DNA of 64,000 nt, from assembly GCA_038727135.1 (NCBI GenBank), contig JAVYWL010000001.1, positions 640,001 to 704,000 on the forward strand, written 5' to 3'. Source of the stretch: Candidatus Bathyarchaeia archaeon. GTDB taxonomy: Archaea > Thermoproteota > Bathyarchaeia > Bathyarchaeales > Bathycorpusculaceae. Both the position numbers and the translations under genes were made by a program. The notes under the pieces are model-generated. The model did not search any database, was not told the origin of the DNA, and saw only the letters and a program-made list of their open reading frames with translations. Below are positions 1-9,930 of this stretch, piece after piece (positions within the stretch are counted from its first letter, which is position 1; each line of letters begins with the position of its first letter).

Positions 1-640
1 CCAGCTTAAGCTCTTTTAAACTAATGGGCTTCGGCTCCTTCAAAGTCTCTTTAAGGAAGACGTGACGCAGAACCGCGGCAACCAAACCAACAATAAGCAC
101 TATAGCGTAAATTATCCGCATCCCAAGGTCGATAGAAAATCGACTCACTATGGCTCCGGCAATTAAAGGCGAAAAAATTGAGGGAAGAAAGGGCAAAACT
201 CTGAAGGCGGCATAACCAAAACCACGTTTTTCAGGCGAAAGCGTGTCTGCTTCAATAGCTTCAAGGGCTGACTGGTAAATTAGGCATATGTTTGTGACAA
301 TTACTCCAACGGCATAGAAAACCCAGTTGGGAGCCAAAATGAAAAAGACGTTTGCCAAGACAACGCCATAAGTCATCGTTACAATTATCTGCCTCCTGCC
401 ATGCTTGTCTGTTATGTAGCTTCCTGGAATACGTACAAGGAATAGTATAAAGGAGCCTATGGCGCCGACGGTGCCTATTATGGCTGGAGTGGCTCCGAGG
501 CTTTCTACGAAGGGCGATTCGAAAGGCGACGTCATGGCATAGCCCAAATTGAATAGAAGGTAGCTTAGAAGAAGCACTAGGAAATTTCCTCGAATGAAGG
601 CAAGCTCCCTTTTAATCTTGCTCCACAACTGAAATCGCAC
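1..640 (-). CDS. MFS transporter (C-terminus runs off the window start)
   Basis: Manual translation from GTG at 640: ...FIRGNFLVLLLSYLLFNLGYAM...GSYITDKHGRRQII (MFS motif A), with multiple TM helices. Not in the ORF track. Confidence 0.85.
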   Translation of the reverse strand, partial: MRFQLWSKIKRELAFIRGNFLVLLLSYLLFNLGYAMTSPFESPFVESLGATPAIIGTVGAIGSFILFLVRIPGSYITDKHGRRQIIVTMTYGVVLANVFFILAPNWVFYAVGVIVTNICLIYQSALEAIEADTLSPEKRGFGYAAFRVLPFLPSIFSPLIAGAIVSRFSIDLGMRIIYAIVLIVGLVAAVLRHVFLKETLKEPKPISLKELKL

Positions 641-718
641 TTCAAAAACGCATTCAACAATATAAACTGCTCTAAAACCCTAAACCCCTAAATAGCTGTT
701 TCCGCTTTTCTAAAGTGG

Positions 719-1051
719 ATGATTATGTTCCGCGTTAGAGTGAACAAAATTGAGTCTATTCGCGACATTGATGGAAACCTTGGGAAACGCATAGAACTTG
801 TTGAAGAACGTCCAATCCCCCAGTTTGCCATCAGACCCCAAACCGAAGAGGCAAAGGTTGTGCAGGATGTTCTCCAAGCGCTTCAGCAGCAACTGCCAAT
901 TTTTCCGGGGCGTGTGCAGTTCACAATCCCGAAGATAATTCTCTTCCTAACAGAGCAGGAATACGAGAGTTTGGGAATAGATTTCGATGTTAACCAGATT
1001 TATGAGATAACCCTTGAAAATCAGTCCATAAAGTTTAGGAAAAGCGGATAA
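719..1051 (+). CDS. Arcadin-1 family protein
   Basis: 110 aa; IELVEERPIP...EEAKVVQDV...LP...TIPKIILFLTEQEYESLG.DFDVNQIYEI matches my recollection of Pyrobaculum arcadin-1 (IDVVEEKELP...VPRITLWLTEEEEE.FG.IDVGDVIEI). Confidence 0.75.
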   Translation: MIMFRVRVNKIESIRDIDGNLGKRIELVEERPIPQFAIRPQTEEAKVVQDVLQALQQQLPIFPGRVQFTIPKIILFLTEQEYESLGIDFDVNQIYEITLENQSIKFRKSG

Positions 1052-1385
1052 TCTCCCTCCTAATCTTCTTTAAAGCCGAATATTTTGGGTGAAAAGACAA
1101 GACAAACATCATGCTCCTTAGGGTTGTGCAAACTTTTTCTGTGCTGTTTTCGCTTTCCTTGTCGCAGTAAAGGGGGACAGGCTCGTTTACGCCGTCCTTG
1201 TAATAGATGTAGATTGGGGCATTTGCTCCTTTTAATGGAACAACTTCAAATTCCAAATTCAACATTCTGGCAGTCTTCTCGACAGCGGTGCTCACAGCTT
1301 TCAGCCTTTCCGTGTGAGTCCCCACGTTTGGGGCGTAAACCAACAATTTACCACGGTTGTCTTCCAACAGTGGTTTTGCCTCCAA
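1035..1385 (-). CDS. Hypothetical protein
   Basis: 116-aa ORF with normal composition and a TATA-like CTTTAAAAG upstream; convergent with arcadin-1. Confidence 0.7.
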   Translation of the reverse strand: MEAKPLLEDNRGKLLVYAPNVGTHTERLKAVSTAVEKTARMLNLEFEVVPLKGANAPIYIYYKDGVNEPVPLYCDKESENSTEKVCTTLRSMMFVLSFHPKYSALKKIRREIIRFS

Positions 1386-1523
1386 AACGCGGTTTAGGGT
1401 TTACTCTTTTAAAGGCGTATGATGAAACGACAAAAACGCACCGAGGAGAGAGTTAAGTTAAAGTGAAAGCTCATAAGTGCTGGAGATTGTAAAATTTTGC
1501 AAAGTATGGTGGATGTGGGCACT

Positions 1524-1799
1524 GTGAAGGTTAGGGCGCACGTGTTTGTCAGCGGGCGTGTCCAAGGCGTGTTTTTTAGGTATGAAACTAGGCAGGAGGC
1601 TAGGCTTCGAGGCGTTAAGGGTTGGGTTCGCAACCTTCCAGACGGCAGAGTTGAAGCCGTCTTCGAAGGCGAGGAAGAAGCCGTGAAAGAGATGATAGAC
1701 TTTTGTAGGCATGGACCGCCGGGCGCAAAAGTCACAAAAGTTGAGGTACGATGGGAGAATTATACCGGCGAGTTTAGGGACTTCGAAATAAGGTATTAG
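1524..1799 (+). CDS. acyP: Acylphosphatase
   Basis: [11 protein letters not shown] and [14 protein letters not shown] signatures; GTG at 1524 taken as start. Confidence 0.95.
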   Translation: MKVRAHVFVSGRVQGVFFRYETRQEARLRGVKGWVRNLPDGRVEAVFEGEEEAVKEMIDFCRHGPPGAKVTKVEVRWENYTGEFRDFEIRY

Positions 1800-2218
1800 C
1801 TTACTCTTTTCTTAGGAATGCGGAAGTGGCTGTCCTTTCCGGCGCTTATGTAATCTCCGCCCGCTCCTCTGGCTATTTGGGCTATTTTGGCGAAGTTTTC
1901 TGCGCCTAGGTACTGGCGTGGCGTAATTTTGATGTATTCGCCTTTATCCTCGAAGTTTAGGAGTCCTTCTAAATCTTCTGGGAACATCATTTTAACATCA
2001 TCGATGCCTAAGGGTTTCTCTGCTTCAGGCTTTTCGGGGGCTGGTGTTGGTATTGCAGGCGCCGCTGGTGTGGGTTGTGGTTGGGCAAGTTGTGAGACGG
2101 CTATTGACCTTAGTGAGGCTGAGACTATCCTTAGGTCTTCTGCTATGTTGTTTAGGATCACGAGGAGCTCGTCTACTTTTTCTGCGAGCTTTTGGATGTG
2201 CTCTTTCTCGGTGCTCAT
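1796..2218 (-). CDS. Hypothetical protein (coiled coil + Pro/Ala linker + small C-terminal domain)
   Basis: Likely start is ATG at 2218 ([11 protein letters not shown]). The longer track ORF overlaps rtcA on the opposite strand. Confidence 0.75.
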   Translation of the reverse strand: MSTEKEHIQKLAEKVDELLVILNNIAEDLRIVSASLRSIAVSQLAQPQPTPAAPAIPTPAPEKPEAEKPLGIDDVKMMFPEDLEGLLNFEDKGEYIKITPRQYLGAENFAKIAQIARGAGGDYISAGKDSHFRIPKKRVS

Positions 2219-2321
2219 GGACTGGTTCACGCTCTTCAAATGCTTAATACCCTTATAGCCGTATTTAATTATTGTCTGTGAAGGCCACCAAAGCGTCAAA
2301 TGGAAGGGAGATAGTCCACTG

Positions 2322-3359
2322 TTGATCGAGATTGATGGAAGCCAGAAAAGCGGGAGTGGAACCATCCTAAGGCTTTCAGTAGCCTTAGCCTCCATTCTTG
2401 GGCAGTCTCTCCACATATACAACATACGCCAAAACAGACCGCAACCCGGCTTAAGACCACAGCATTTGGAAGCTGTTTTGACAGCGGCGAAACTCTGTGA
2501 TGCAGAAGTCAAAGGTGCAGTTTTAAACTCCAGGGAGCTTTGGTTCACGCCGAAGGAGGTTAAAGGCGGGGTTTTTGAGGCTGAAATTGGCACTGCTGGG
2601 AGCATACCAATGCTCATCATGACCGTTCTGCCTATCTGCATCTTTGCAAAAAACAGTGTCCGCCTCCACATCTCTAAGGGTGGAACAGATGTCTCCCACT
2701 CGCCAACAATAAACTATATGCGGTTCGTCTTTCTGCCGGTTTTAAGGCGGATGGGCATAAACGCCGAAATAACCGTCCACAAGTATGGCTATTATCCGAA
2801 AGGTATGGGAGAGGCAACCTTAACAGTTGAGCCATGCAAGGAGCTTAAACCCCTATGCCTAGAAGATTTTGGCAACATAAAGTCTGTTAGAGGCGTTTCG
2901 ATCTGCACTTTTCTGGCGGATAGGCGGGTGGCTGAACGCCAAGCAGCAGCCGCAAACAAACACCTCGAAAAGTTTGGGTTGAAAGCCGACATCCAAATAG
3001 TAAACGACCGCTCTAATCCACTTCAGAAGGGTAGTTCCCTAGTGCTTTGGGCTGAAACCGATAAGGGAGCAGTGCTAGGCGCAGACTCTATTGGGGAGCT
3101 TGGAAAGACAAGCGAAGCCGTTGGAGTTGTAGCTGCAGAAAAGCTTCACGCTGAAATCTCTTCTAGGGCTACCGTTGACGTTCACTTGGCTGACATGCTC
3201 ATTCCATACGTAGCTTTGGCTAGGGGCAGGTCAGCCTACCTAACAAGAGCCATTTCAGACCATTTGGAGACAAACATCTGGCTGGCTGAAACCCTTCTGG
3301 GCGTAAAATTCGATGTTAAGCGTGTTAATGGGCTTTACAAGGTTGAGAAGGTCGGCTAG
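2322..3359 (+). CDS. rtcA: RNA 3'-terminal phosphate cyclase
   Basis: IEIDGSQKSGSGTILR, RPQPGLRPQH, GYYPKGMG, VDVHLADML, catalytic DHLETN. Confidence 0.95.
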   Translation: MIEIDGSQKSGSGTILRLSVALASILGQSLHIYNIRQNRPQPGLRPQHLEAVLTAAKLCDAEVKGAVLNSRELWFTPKEVKGGVFEAEIGTAGSIPMLIMTVLPICIFAKNSVRLHISKGGTDVSHSPTINYMRFVFLPVLRRMGINAEITVHKYGYYPKGMGEATLTVEPCKELKPLCLEDFGNIKSVRGVSICTFLADRRVAERQAAAANKHLEKFGLKADIQIVNDRSNPLQKGSSLVLWAETDKGAVLGADSIGELGKTSEAVGVVAAEKLHAEISSRATVDVHLADMLIPYVALARGRSAYLTRAISDHLETNIWLAETLLGVKFDVKRVNGLYKVEKVG

Positions 3360-3361
3360 CC

Positions 3362-4792
3362 TTGAGAGCCAAGGTTAGGGGAATATACGCAACAGCCTTG
3401 ACAAAACTGCTCCTGGAAAACGGCTTCCAAATAGTCCAGCCATCCCAAACCATAAAGGCGCGGTTCGGCATACCAGACAACAACGAGCCTCCAGACCTGA
3501 AAATAAAGGATAGACACGACCTTCAAGGAGTGGTGGCGCTAGGCACACCAGAAGCCACAAAGACTTTCCAAAAAATATTGCACACCACCCTTGAAGACGC
3601 CATCATAAGGAAATGGGACATAAGTGTGGATGGCATATACAAAGGCACAATTATAGGCGAAAGCAACGATGCATTTCAAGTCAAAATAAGCGAAGATGTG
3701 ATTGGATTATTGCCAAAATATGAAGTTCCGAGCGGAAGCCAAAACCAAAACAAGAACGACACAATAGTCCAAGTTGCAAGGAAACGTATCGGAAGAAAAA
3801 CTCCGGTTCTGACAACCCAGCTTAAAATTGTTGGAAACTACGCCATACTTGCGCAGAAAAGCAATGGCGGCGTGAGCCTAAAAATTAGGGATATAAATAA
3901 GAGGGCGGAGCTTTACGCGCTTGGAAAGAAGCTGGCGCCAGAAGGTTGGGGGATAATTTGGCGGGAACCCGCCGCCCACACATCCAAAACATTTTTGGAG
4001 AATGAGGTGGCAAAGCTCTGCGAGAAAGTTAAAGCCTTAAATGTGGCTGCGTCTTCGGCTGATGCGCCAGCCCTAATTGTTGAAGGCTTACATTTTATGG
4101 ATGTTGAGTTCCCAAGTCTCTCAAAAGCGAAATTGGATGCGTTGAGGGCTTCTGTTTCGCCAACCATTGAGGGGCACCACTTCTATAAGAGCTGCGGCGG
4201 CAAGGTTTCAGCATCCCTAGAAATGGCTGAAAAGCTCCTAGAAAAGGAACAAAACAAGAGCGAGATTAAAGAACTTTTCAAAGAGCAAGTTCAAACGGAA
4301 TTCCCGGAGGAGGGCTCAGCGGTTGATGTGGAACATGTTAAACTTAGCGGTGCAGTCTTCCATCTTGGGCAAGCAACAATAGAAGCCATAAACAGCCAAG
4401 AGCTAAAATACAGCAGAATCATCAGGGCTGATGGCTTTTATGATGGGTTAGGCGTAGCCAAAGAGGCTGGCGACAAAGCGGTAAGCCAAACAAAGCTTGG
4501 CGAATGGTACATAATCACCAACTACTTCTCAAAGGATGGACGTTGGAAAGGCGCCTACATAAACATAAACACGCCAGTGGAAATTTATCCAGATGCGGTG
4601 CGCTACATAGACTTGGAAGTGGATGTCTGCATCCGCCCAAATGGTGAAACAAAGGTTGTTGATATGGAAAAACTTGAAAAAGCCTTGGAAAAAGGCATCG
4701 TAAGCGAGGCGCTTTTTGAAAAAGTTAAAAGCACCGTTGCAGCGGTAACTGAAAAAAGCTTTGTTGAAAAGCTTTCGGCTAAATTTATTTAG
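3362..4792 (+). CDS. fau-1: FAU-1 AU-rich RNA-binding protein / probable ribonuclease (RNase E/G-like + DUF402)
   Basis: N-terminal VRGIYATALTKLL, GHH motif, C-terminal YININTPVE.YP...RYIDLEVDV. Confidence 0.9.
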   Translation: MRAKVRGIYATALTKLLLENGFQIVQPSQTIKARFGIPDNNEPPDLKIKDRHDLQGVVALGTPEATKTFQKILHTTLEDAIIRKWDISVDGIYKGTIIGESNDAFQVKISEDVIGLLPKYEVPSGSQNQNKNDTIVQVARKRIGRKTPVLTTQLKIVGNYAILAQKSNGGVSLKIRDINKRAELYALGKKLAPEGWGIIWREPAAHTSKTFLENEVAKLCEKVKALNVAASSADAPALIVEGLHFMDVEFPSLSKAKLDALRASVSPTIEGHHFYKSCGGKVSASLEMAEKLLEKEQNKSEIKELFKEQVQTEFPEEGSAVDVEHVKLSGAVFHLGQATIEAINSQELKYSRIIRADGFYDGLGVAKEAGDKAVSQTKLGEWYIITNYFSKDGRWKGAYININTPVEIYPDAVRYIDLEVDVCIRPNGETKVVDMEKLEKALEKGIVSEALFEKVKSTVAAVTEKSFVEKLSAKFI

Positions 4793-4828
4793 CTTTCCAG
4801 CGCTTATTTTCCAGCCAAGAGTGGAAAG

Positions 4829-6181
4829 TTGAAAGCTGAACTTGTCCTAAAAGACCTGAAAGCCTACGTAAACGGCGCAGTTAAAGAGTGCTGCATAGCC
4901 ATCGAAAATGGCAAAATAGCAAAAATTGGAAAAGAGCCGCAGATGCCTAAGGCTGAAGCTGAAATCAGCCTTAAAGGACTTCTTGTTCTGCCAGGCTTGA
5001 TTGACGTTCACGTGCACTTGAGGGATGAGGGTAAAGCCTACAAAGAAGACTTCTATAGTGGCACGGCAGCCGCTGCGGCTGGCGGTTTCACAACTGTTTT
5101 GGATATGCCCAACAACAGTCCAGTCACTATGAGCGCTGAAACTTTGAAAAATAGAATGAGGAAAGCCGAGGAAAAAATTTTGGTTAATGTGGGCTTCTAC
5201 TCCGAGTTTCCAAAAAGCATAGATGAAATAGACGAGGTAATCGGCGCTGGCGCTGTGGCTTTCAAGCTTTTCCTAAGCGAGCAGGTAGGCGGACTAAACA
5301 TAGAAGATGATGGTGCGCTTGCAGAAGCCTTCAAAAAGGTGGCTTCAAGGGTGCCTATTGCCGTTCACGCCGAAGATGGAGGCATTATTAAAAGTGTTGA
5401 GGAAAGGCTTAAGCGGGAAGGAAAAAGGGATATAGAGGCTTTTCTTGAGGCGCATTCTGAAAGGGCGGAAACAGAAGCCATAAAACGTATACTAAAAATA
5501 GTTAAAGAGACAATGGCGCGAGTGCATTTCTGTCACATAAGCACAAAGCAAGGCTTAAACCTAGTGACTGAAGCGAAAAAGGCTGGGTTGCCAGTAGCAT
5601 GTGAAGTTACGCCCCACCACTTGTTCCTGTCTGATGAGGATTTGAGGCGTTTTGGAACATTGGCTCTAACAATACCTCCGCTTAGAAGCAAAAGCCACAA
5701 CGTAGCCTTATGGGAAGGCTTAAAAAATGGTTGGATTGACGTTGTCGGCTCAGACCATGCACCCCACACTTTGACGGAGAAAAATGCTGGCAGCGTCTGG
5801 GATGTTAAAGTTGGCATCCCCGGACTTGAAACAACCCTCCCCTTACTGCTTACAGAGGTGAACGCCGGAAGGCTTAGCATAGCCGATGTTGTCAGGCTTA
5901 TGGGTGAAAATCCATTGAAAATCTTGGGGTTAGAGGGCTTTGGAAGCTTAAAGGAGGGTTTTAAAGCTGATTTAGTGGCTGTTGATTTGGAAAGAGAGTT
6001 CCGAATTGACGCTTCCCGTTTTCATTCTAAGGCGAAGTTTTCACCCTTCGATGGCAAAACCGTCAAAGGCATGGTTGTCAAAACTTTTGTAGGCGGAAAA
6101 CTAGTTATGGATGAAGGCGAAATAGTGGCTAAACCCGGATGCGGAAAAATAATCAAACACAAAGCAAAAACTGGGGAGTAG
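4829..6181 (+). CDS. pyrC: Dihydroorotase (cyclic amidohydrolase family)
   Basis: PGLIDVHVHLRD, DMPNN, CEVTPHHL, SDHAPH, HSKAKFSPF. Confidence 0.85.
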   Translation: MKAELVLKDLKAYVNGAVKECCIAIENGKIAKIGKEPQMPKAEAEISLKGLLVLPGLIDVHVHLRDEGKAYKEDFYSGTAAAAAGGFTTVLDMPNNSPVTMSAETLKNRMRKAEEKILVNVGFYSEFPKSIDEIDEVIGAGAVAFKLFLSEQVGGLNIEDDGALAEAFKKVASRVPIAVHAEDGGIIKSVEERLKREGKRDIEAFLEAHSERAETEAIKRILKIVKETMARVHFCHISTKQGLNLVTEAKKAGLPVACEVTPHHLFLSDEDLRRFGTLALTIPPLRSKSHNVALWEGLKNGWIDVVGSDHAPHTLTEKNAGSVWDVKVGIPGLETTLPLLLTEVNAGRLSIADVVRLMGENPLKILGLEGFGSLKEGFKADLVAVDLEREFRIDASRFHSKAKFSPFDGKTVKGMVVKTFVGGKLVMDEGEIVAKPGCGKIIKHKAKTGE

Positions 6182-6188
6182 AACAGCC

Positions 6189-6671
6189 TTGAAATTCATT
6201 GTTGACGGTATGCTTGGAAAACTCACCCGTTGGCTTAGGATGCTGGGGCACAATGTGAAATACTCAAACAAGTTGGACGACGCGCAACTGATTACCATAG
6301 CGAAAAGGGAGAAACGCATACTCTTAACAAGGGATTTGGAGCTTTACCAGCAAGCCACAGCAAAAGGCGTGCAAGCCTTCTATGTTGACGGCAAAACAGA
6401 AGCCGAAAGGCTAGCACAGCTCGCCAAAAAATTCGGCATAAGCCTAGACATAAACATGGCTATATCACGCTGTCCAAAATGCAACGCACAAGTAAAGCCA
6501 ACATCAAAGGAAAACGTTAGAGGCAAGGTTGAAGAAACAACATACGCCTACTACAACGAGTTCTGGCGGTGTCCAAAATGTGGGCAAATCTACTGGCAAG
6601 GAGCCCACTGGACAAGGATAAGGAAAACTCTTGAAACGGCAAAGGAGCTTGCAAAAACAGGAAAGAACTAA
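6189..6671 (+). CDS. Mut7-C RNase domain protein (PIN-like + Zn ribbon)
   Basis: FIVDGMLGKLTRWLRMLG, RILLTRD, RCPKCN...CPKCGQIYWQGAH. Confidence 0.9.
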   Translation: MKFIVDGMLGKLTRWLRMLGHNVKYSNKLDDAQLITIAKREKRILLTRDLELYQQATAKGVQAFYVDGKTEAERLAQLAKKFGISLDINMAISRCPKCNAQVKPTSKENVRGKVEETTYAYYNEFWRCPKCGQIYWQGAHWTRIRKTLETAKELAKTGKN

Positions 6672-6684
6672 AAAGGGAATTATT

Positions 6685-6954
6685 TTACTTCTTCTTTTCT
6701 TCTTCAAGAAGCCACTTAAGCGGAATATCTTGATAAGTGCCGTCTGGGAGCGTTCGCCTAATCGTTATGGGAAGTATGCCAGCTTCAAGCTCTCTAAGGG
6801 CTATATCTATCGGACTTGAATAACCTTCTGGGACGTCCACGAGAATTGGGGCACCCATGGATATTTGCAGAGCTCTTGCGCCAACCACTCGGGCTTTCTC
6901 GAAGCGGGTAAGCCTTGGAGGACCAATCAAGATTTTCTTCTCTTTTCCAGACGT
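6685..6954 (-). CDS. rpoK: DNA-directed RNA polymerase subunit Rpo6 (K)
   Basis: [22 protein letters not shown]. Start is probably ACG at 6954 behind SD GGGGAG; the track start is TTG 6930. Confidence 0.95.
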   Translation of the reverse strand, partial: TSGKEKKILIGPPRLTRFEKARVVGARALQISMGAPILVDVPEGYSSPIDIALRELEAGILPITIRRTLPDGTYQDIPLKWLLEEEKKK

Positions 6955-6973
6955 GTTCTAACTCCCCAGCGCC

Positions 6974-8605
6974 CTAATATTCGCCTTCGGATGGACCCTT
7001 AGGCATCGGGGGAGTTTTAGCCTTCCCAGCGGCTATAACGTCGTCGATTTTCAGAATCATTGATGCGGCTTCGGTGGCAGACTTAACCACCTGTTTCTTG
7101 ACAGATATGGGTTCGAATACTCCTGCTTCCCGCATGTCCTGAACCTTTCCAGAGTGCACCTCAATTCCAGCCCATGTTTCGCCTTTCTCGTGTTTTGCCC
7201 TCAGCTCTGAGAGTATGTCTATTGGGTCTAAACCAGCGTTTTCAGTTAGCGTTGCCGGAATTGCCTCTAGGGCTTCGGCGAAGCTTTTGACGGCTAATTG
7301 TTCTCTGCCTGGAAGGGTTTCGGCGTACTTCTTTAGGGCTTTGGCGATTTCTAGTTCTGGGGCGCCTCCACCAGCCAAGACTTTTGGTTCTTCGACTATG
7401 TCGCGGACAACGCATAGGGCGTCATGCACTGAGCGTTCAGCCTCTTCCACCACACGTTCTGTCGCTCCCCTAATGAGGATGGTGACAGCCCTTGGATGTT
7501 TGCAACCCTCAACAAAGGTCATTTTGTCGTCGCCTATTTTCCTCTCTTCAACTAGGCTTGCGTAGCCCAGGTCTGCCGGGCTCATGTCATCCAAATTGGT
7601 TATTATTTTGCCTCCAGTGGCTTTTGCAAGCTTCTCCATATCCGACTTTTTGATGCGCCTCACCGCCAAAATGCCTTTTCTGGCTAGGAAGTGCTGTGCC
7701 ATGTCGTCTATGCCCTTCTGGCAGAGCACAACATTTGCGCCCACTGCGGCAAGTTTTTCCACCATGTCCTTTAGCATGGCTTCTTCCTGTCTTAGGAAGG
7801 CGTCCATCTGCTCCGGGCTTTCAATGTTTATTTTAGCATCAAACTCCGTTTTCTCAATTTCTAGTGGACAGTCTAGCAAGGCGATTTTAGCGTTTTCCAC
7901 TCGCTTAGGCATGCCTGAGTGGACGACTTCCTTGTCCAGAACTATGCCATTTATGAGCATGGTGTCCCTAACGGATTCGCCAGCCTTCTTCTCAACTTTG
8001 ACGTCGTCCACGTCCACCTTGTATTTGCCGTCTTCCTTCTCCGCCACCTGCAGAATTGCCTTAACAGCCAAGTCGGCTAGGTATTCTCTATGCTCGGCGA
8101 CAAGCTTGCTCGCCATAGATGTCATGGCAGCCTTCCGCAAATACTCCTGAGAGTTTAGGTCAACTGGTATGGCGATTTTCTCCAAAACTTCAAGGGACTT
8201 CTCCATGGCTTTCTTATAACCATCAATTATAATTGTCGGGTGAATGTTCTTGCCGATAAGCTCCTCAGCCTTCGCCAGCAATTCTCCAGCCAAAATAACA
8301 GCTGTTGTCGTTCCATCTCCAGCCTCATTGTCCTGCGTTTTAGCCACTTCAACCATCATTTTGGCGGCTGGATGCTGAACATCCATCTCATCCAAAATTG
8401 TGCGACCATCGCTTGTTATTGTGACGTCGCCAAAACTGTCCACAAGCATCTTGTCCATGCCCTTAGGCCCAAGAGAGCTTTTCACCGTTTCGGCTATTAT
8501 GCGAGCCGCCATAATGTTCGTGTGCTGGGCTTCCCTACCCCTCGAGCGGGTTGAGCCTTCCTTTAATATGAGAACTGGGACTCCTGCTGATGCGGGTGAT
8601 GACAA
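6974..8605 (-). CDS. ths: Thermosome (group II chaperonin) subunit
   Basis: [31 protein letters not shown]. Confidence 0.97.
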   Translation of the reverse strand: MSSPASAGVPVLILKEGSTRSRGREAQHTNIMAARIIAETVKSSLGPKGMDKMLVDSFGDVTITSDGRTILDEMDVQHPAAKMMVEVAKTQDNEAGDGTTTAVILAGELLAKAEELIGKNIHPTIIIDGYKKAMEKSLEVLEKIAIPVDLNSQEYLRKAAMTSMASKLVAEHREYLADLAVKAILQVAEKEDGKYKVDVDDVKVEKKAGESVRDTMLINGIVLDKEVVHSGMPKRVENAKIALLDCPLEIEKTEFDAKINIESPEQMDAFLRQEEAMLKDMVEKLAAVGANVVLCQKGIDDMAQHFLARKGILAVRRIKKSDMEKLAKATGGKIITNLDDMSPADLGYASLVEERKIGDDKMTFVEGCKHPRAVTILIRGATERVVEEAERSVHDALCVVRDIVEEPKVLAGGGAPELEIAKALKKYAETLPGREQLAVKSFAEALEAIPATLTENAGLDPIDILSELRAKHEKGETWAGIEVHSGKVQDMREAGVFEPISVKKQVVKSATEAASMILKIDDVIAAGKAKTPPMPKGPSEGEY

Positions 8606-8831
8606 ACCAACAAACCCCCTAATGCGTCACAATGAGAAACAGCATTACAATATAAATTTTTCCTCAGCTAAACCCGACTAACCACGTTTCTAAAGCAACA
8701 CGAACTTAACCAAACCTTTCTATTACAGCCCTATCTGCTTTTTGCGCTGCTAATTAAGTGTATTGAATCGTGAGAAGTAATATTTAAATCAAAAGCTGAC
8801 TATATCATAACTAGAAAACGGAGGGAACGCA

Positions 8832-9917
8832 TTGTCGCAAAACAAGCAAAGGCTAGAGGAAAAACCCGTGGCGGTTGTCGGCTTTGGGTATCAAGGTGGA
8901 AGACGAAAGCAAAGCAATGCCGTATACGTGACTGAAGAACAAACAAAGGCCGAGATCAAAGATACAAGGATATCTGTTTCGATAACGAAAACGGCTGCTG
9001 TTGAAGATTACACCATTGCTGAGTTAAGGAAAAAATATCGCATAGACAAGTATGATCTTCACCCTGGATATGTTTTTCCAGAGTCAGTGCGTTCCCTCAT
9101 ACCGAAAAATACTCCAGAATATGTGGATAGAGGCTTCAACTATGTTGAAAGGATAGTTCGTGCCCTGTACTATTTTAAGCAGTGCGCCCTTGTTGGTCCC
9201 AGCGGAACTGGAAAAACCCACATAGTTTATTTAATCGCCGAGTTATGCGGGCTTCCCATCTGGGAAATAAACTGTGGTTTGCAGACTTCTGCCTATGACC
9301 TATTTGGACGGTACATAGGCCTTGGGAAGGAGAACTGGATCGACGGACAAATAGTGATGTGGTGCAGAAATGGAGGCATTTTATACCTTGACGAGGCAAA
9401 CATGATGAAACAGGACATAGCATCTAGACTTAACCCGGTTCTGGATACCCGGGGCCACATAGTTTTAACGGAGAAGGATAATGAAATTGTGAAAAGGCAC
9501 CCTTACGGCTATTTAATAATCTCAATGAACCCCTTTTCAGCGGAGTTCGTTGGAACAAAACCACTAAACGCCGCTTTGAGAAGGCGAATGTCGGTCTGGA
9601 TAAACTTTGACTATCTAAGTGTCGGAGACAAAATAGCCCCCGAAGAAGTAGAACTAATTGTAAAGAGAACAGGCATTGACGCAAAAACTGCAGAAAAAAT
9701 AGTTCGCGTGGGCGCCGAACTTCGGAGGCAGTATAAAAATGGCGACTTACCATATGGGCCCTCCCCCGGTGACCTCATAAACTGGGCAACATTAATAGTT
9801 GATGGAAGCCCACCTATTGAGGCGGCGGTTGAAACAATTGTTGGAACAACAAGCGATGACGTAGAAATTCAAGCCGCAGTGAAGCGAGTGATCGAATCTA
9901 TATTCGGCTCATCCTAG
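8832..9917 (+). CDS. MoxR-type AAA+ ATPase (CbbQ/NirQ/NorQ-like)
   Basis: Walker A GPSGTGKT, Walker B ILYLDEAN, sensor SMNP, Arg finger LNAALRRR, C-terminal helical lid PSPGDLINWA. Confidence 0.9.
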   Translation: MSQNKQRLEEKPVAVVGFGYQGGRRKQSNAVYVTEEQTKAEIKDTRISVSITKTAAVEDYTIAELRKKYRIDKYDLHPGYVFPESVRSLIPKNTPEYVDRGFNYVERIVRALYYFKQCALVGPSGTGKTHIVYLIAELCGLPIWEINCGLQTSAYDLFGRYIGLGKENWIDGQIVMWCRNGGILYLDEANMMKQDIASRLNPVLDTRGHIVLTEKDNEIVKRHPYGYLIISMNPFSAEFVGTKPLNAALRRRMSVWINFDYLSVGDKIAPEEVELIVKRTGIDAKTAEKIVRVGAELRRQYKNGDLPYGPSPGDLINWATLIVDGSPPIEAAVETIVGTTSDDVEIQAAVKRVIESIFGSS

Positions 9918-9930
9918 AACGGGTTATGCC

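Noticed and set aside
2219-2671. N-terminal 150-aa extension of ORF 1796-2671
   Set aside because: It is antisense to rtcA and crosses the divergent promoter (TATTTAATTA); the real start is probably ATG 2218.
8832-9917. GvpN, Rubisco activase or NorQ assignment for the AAA+ ATPase
   Set aside because: No gvp, cbb or nor genes nearby; only family-level assignment is supportable.
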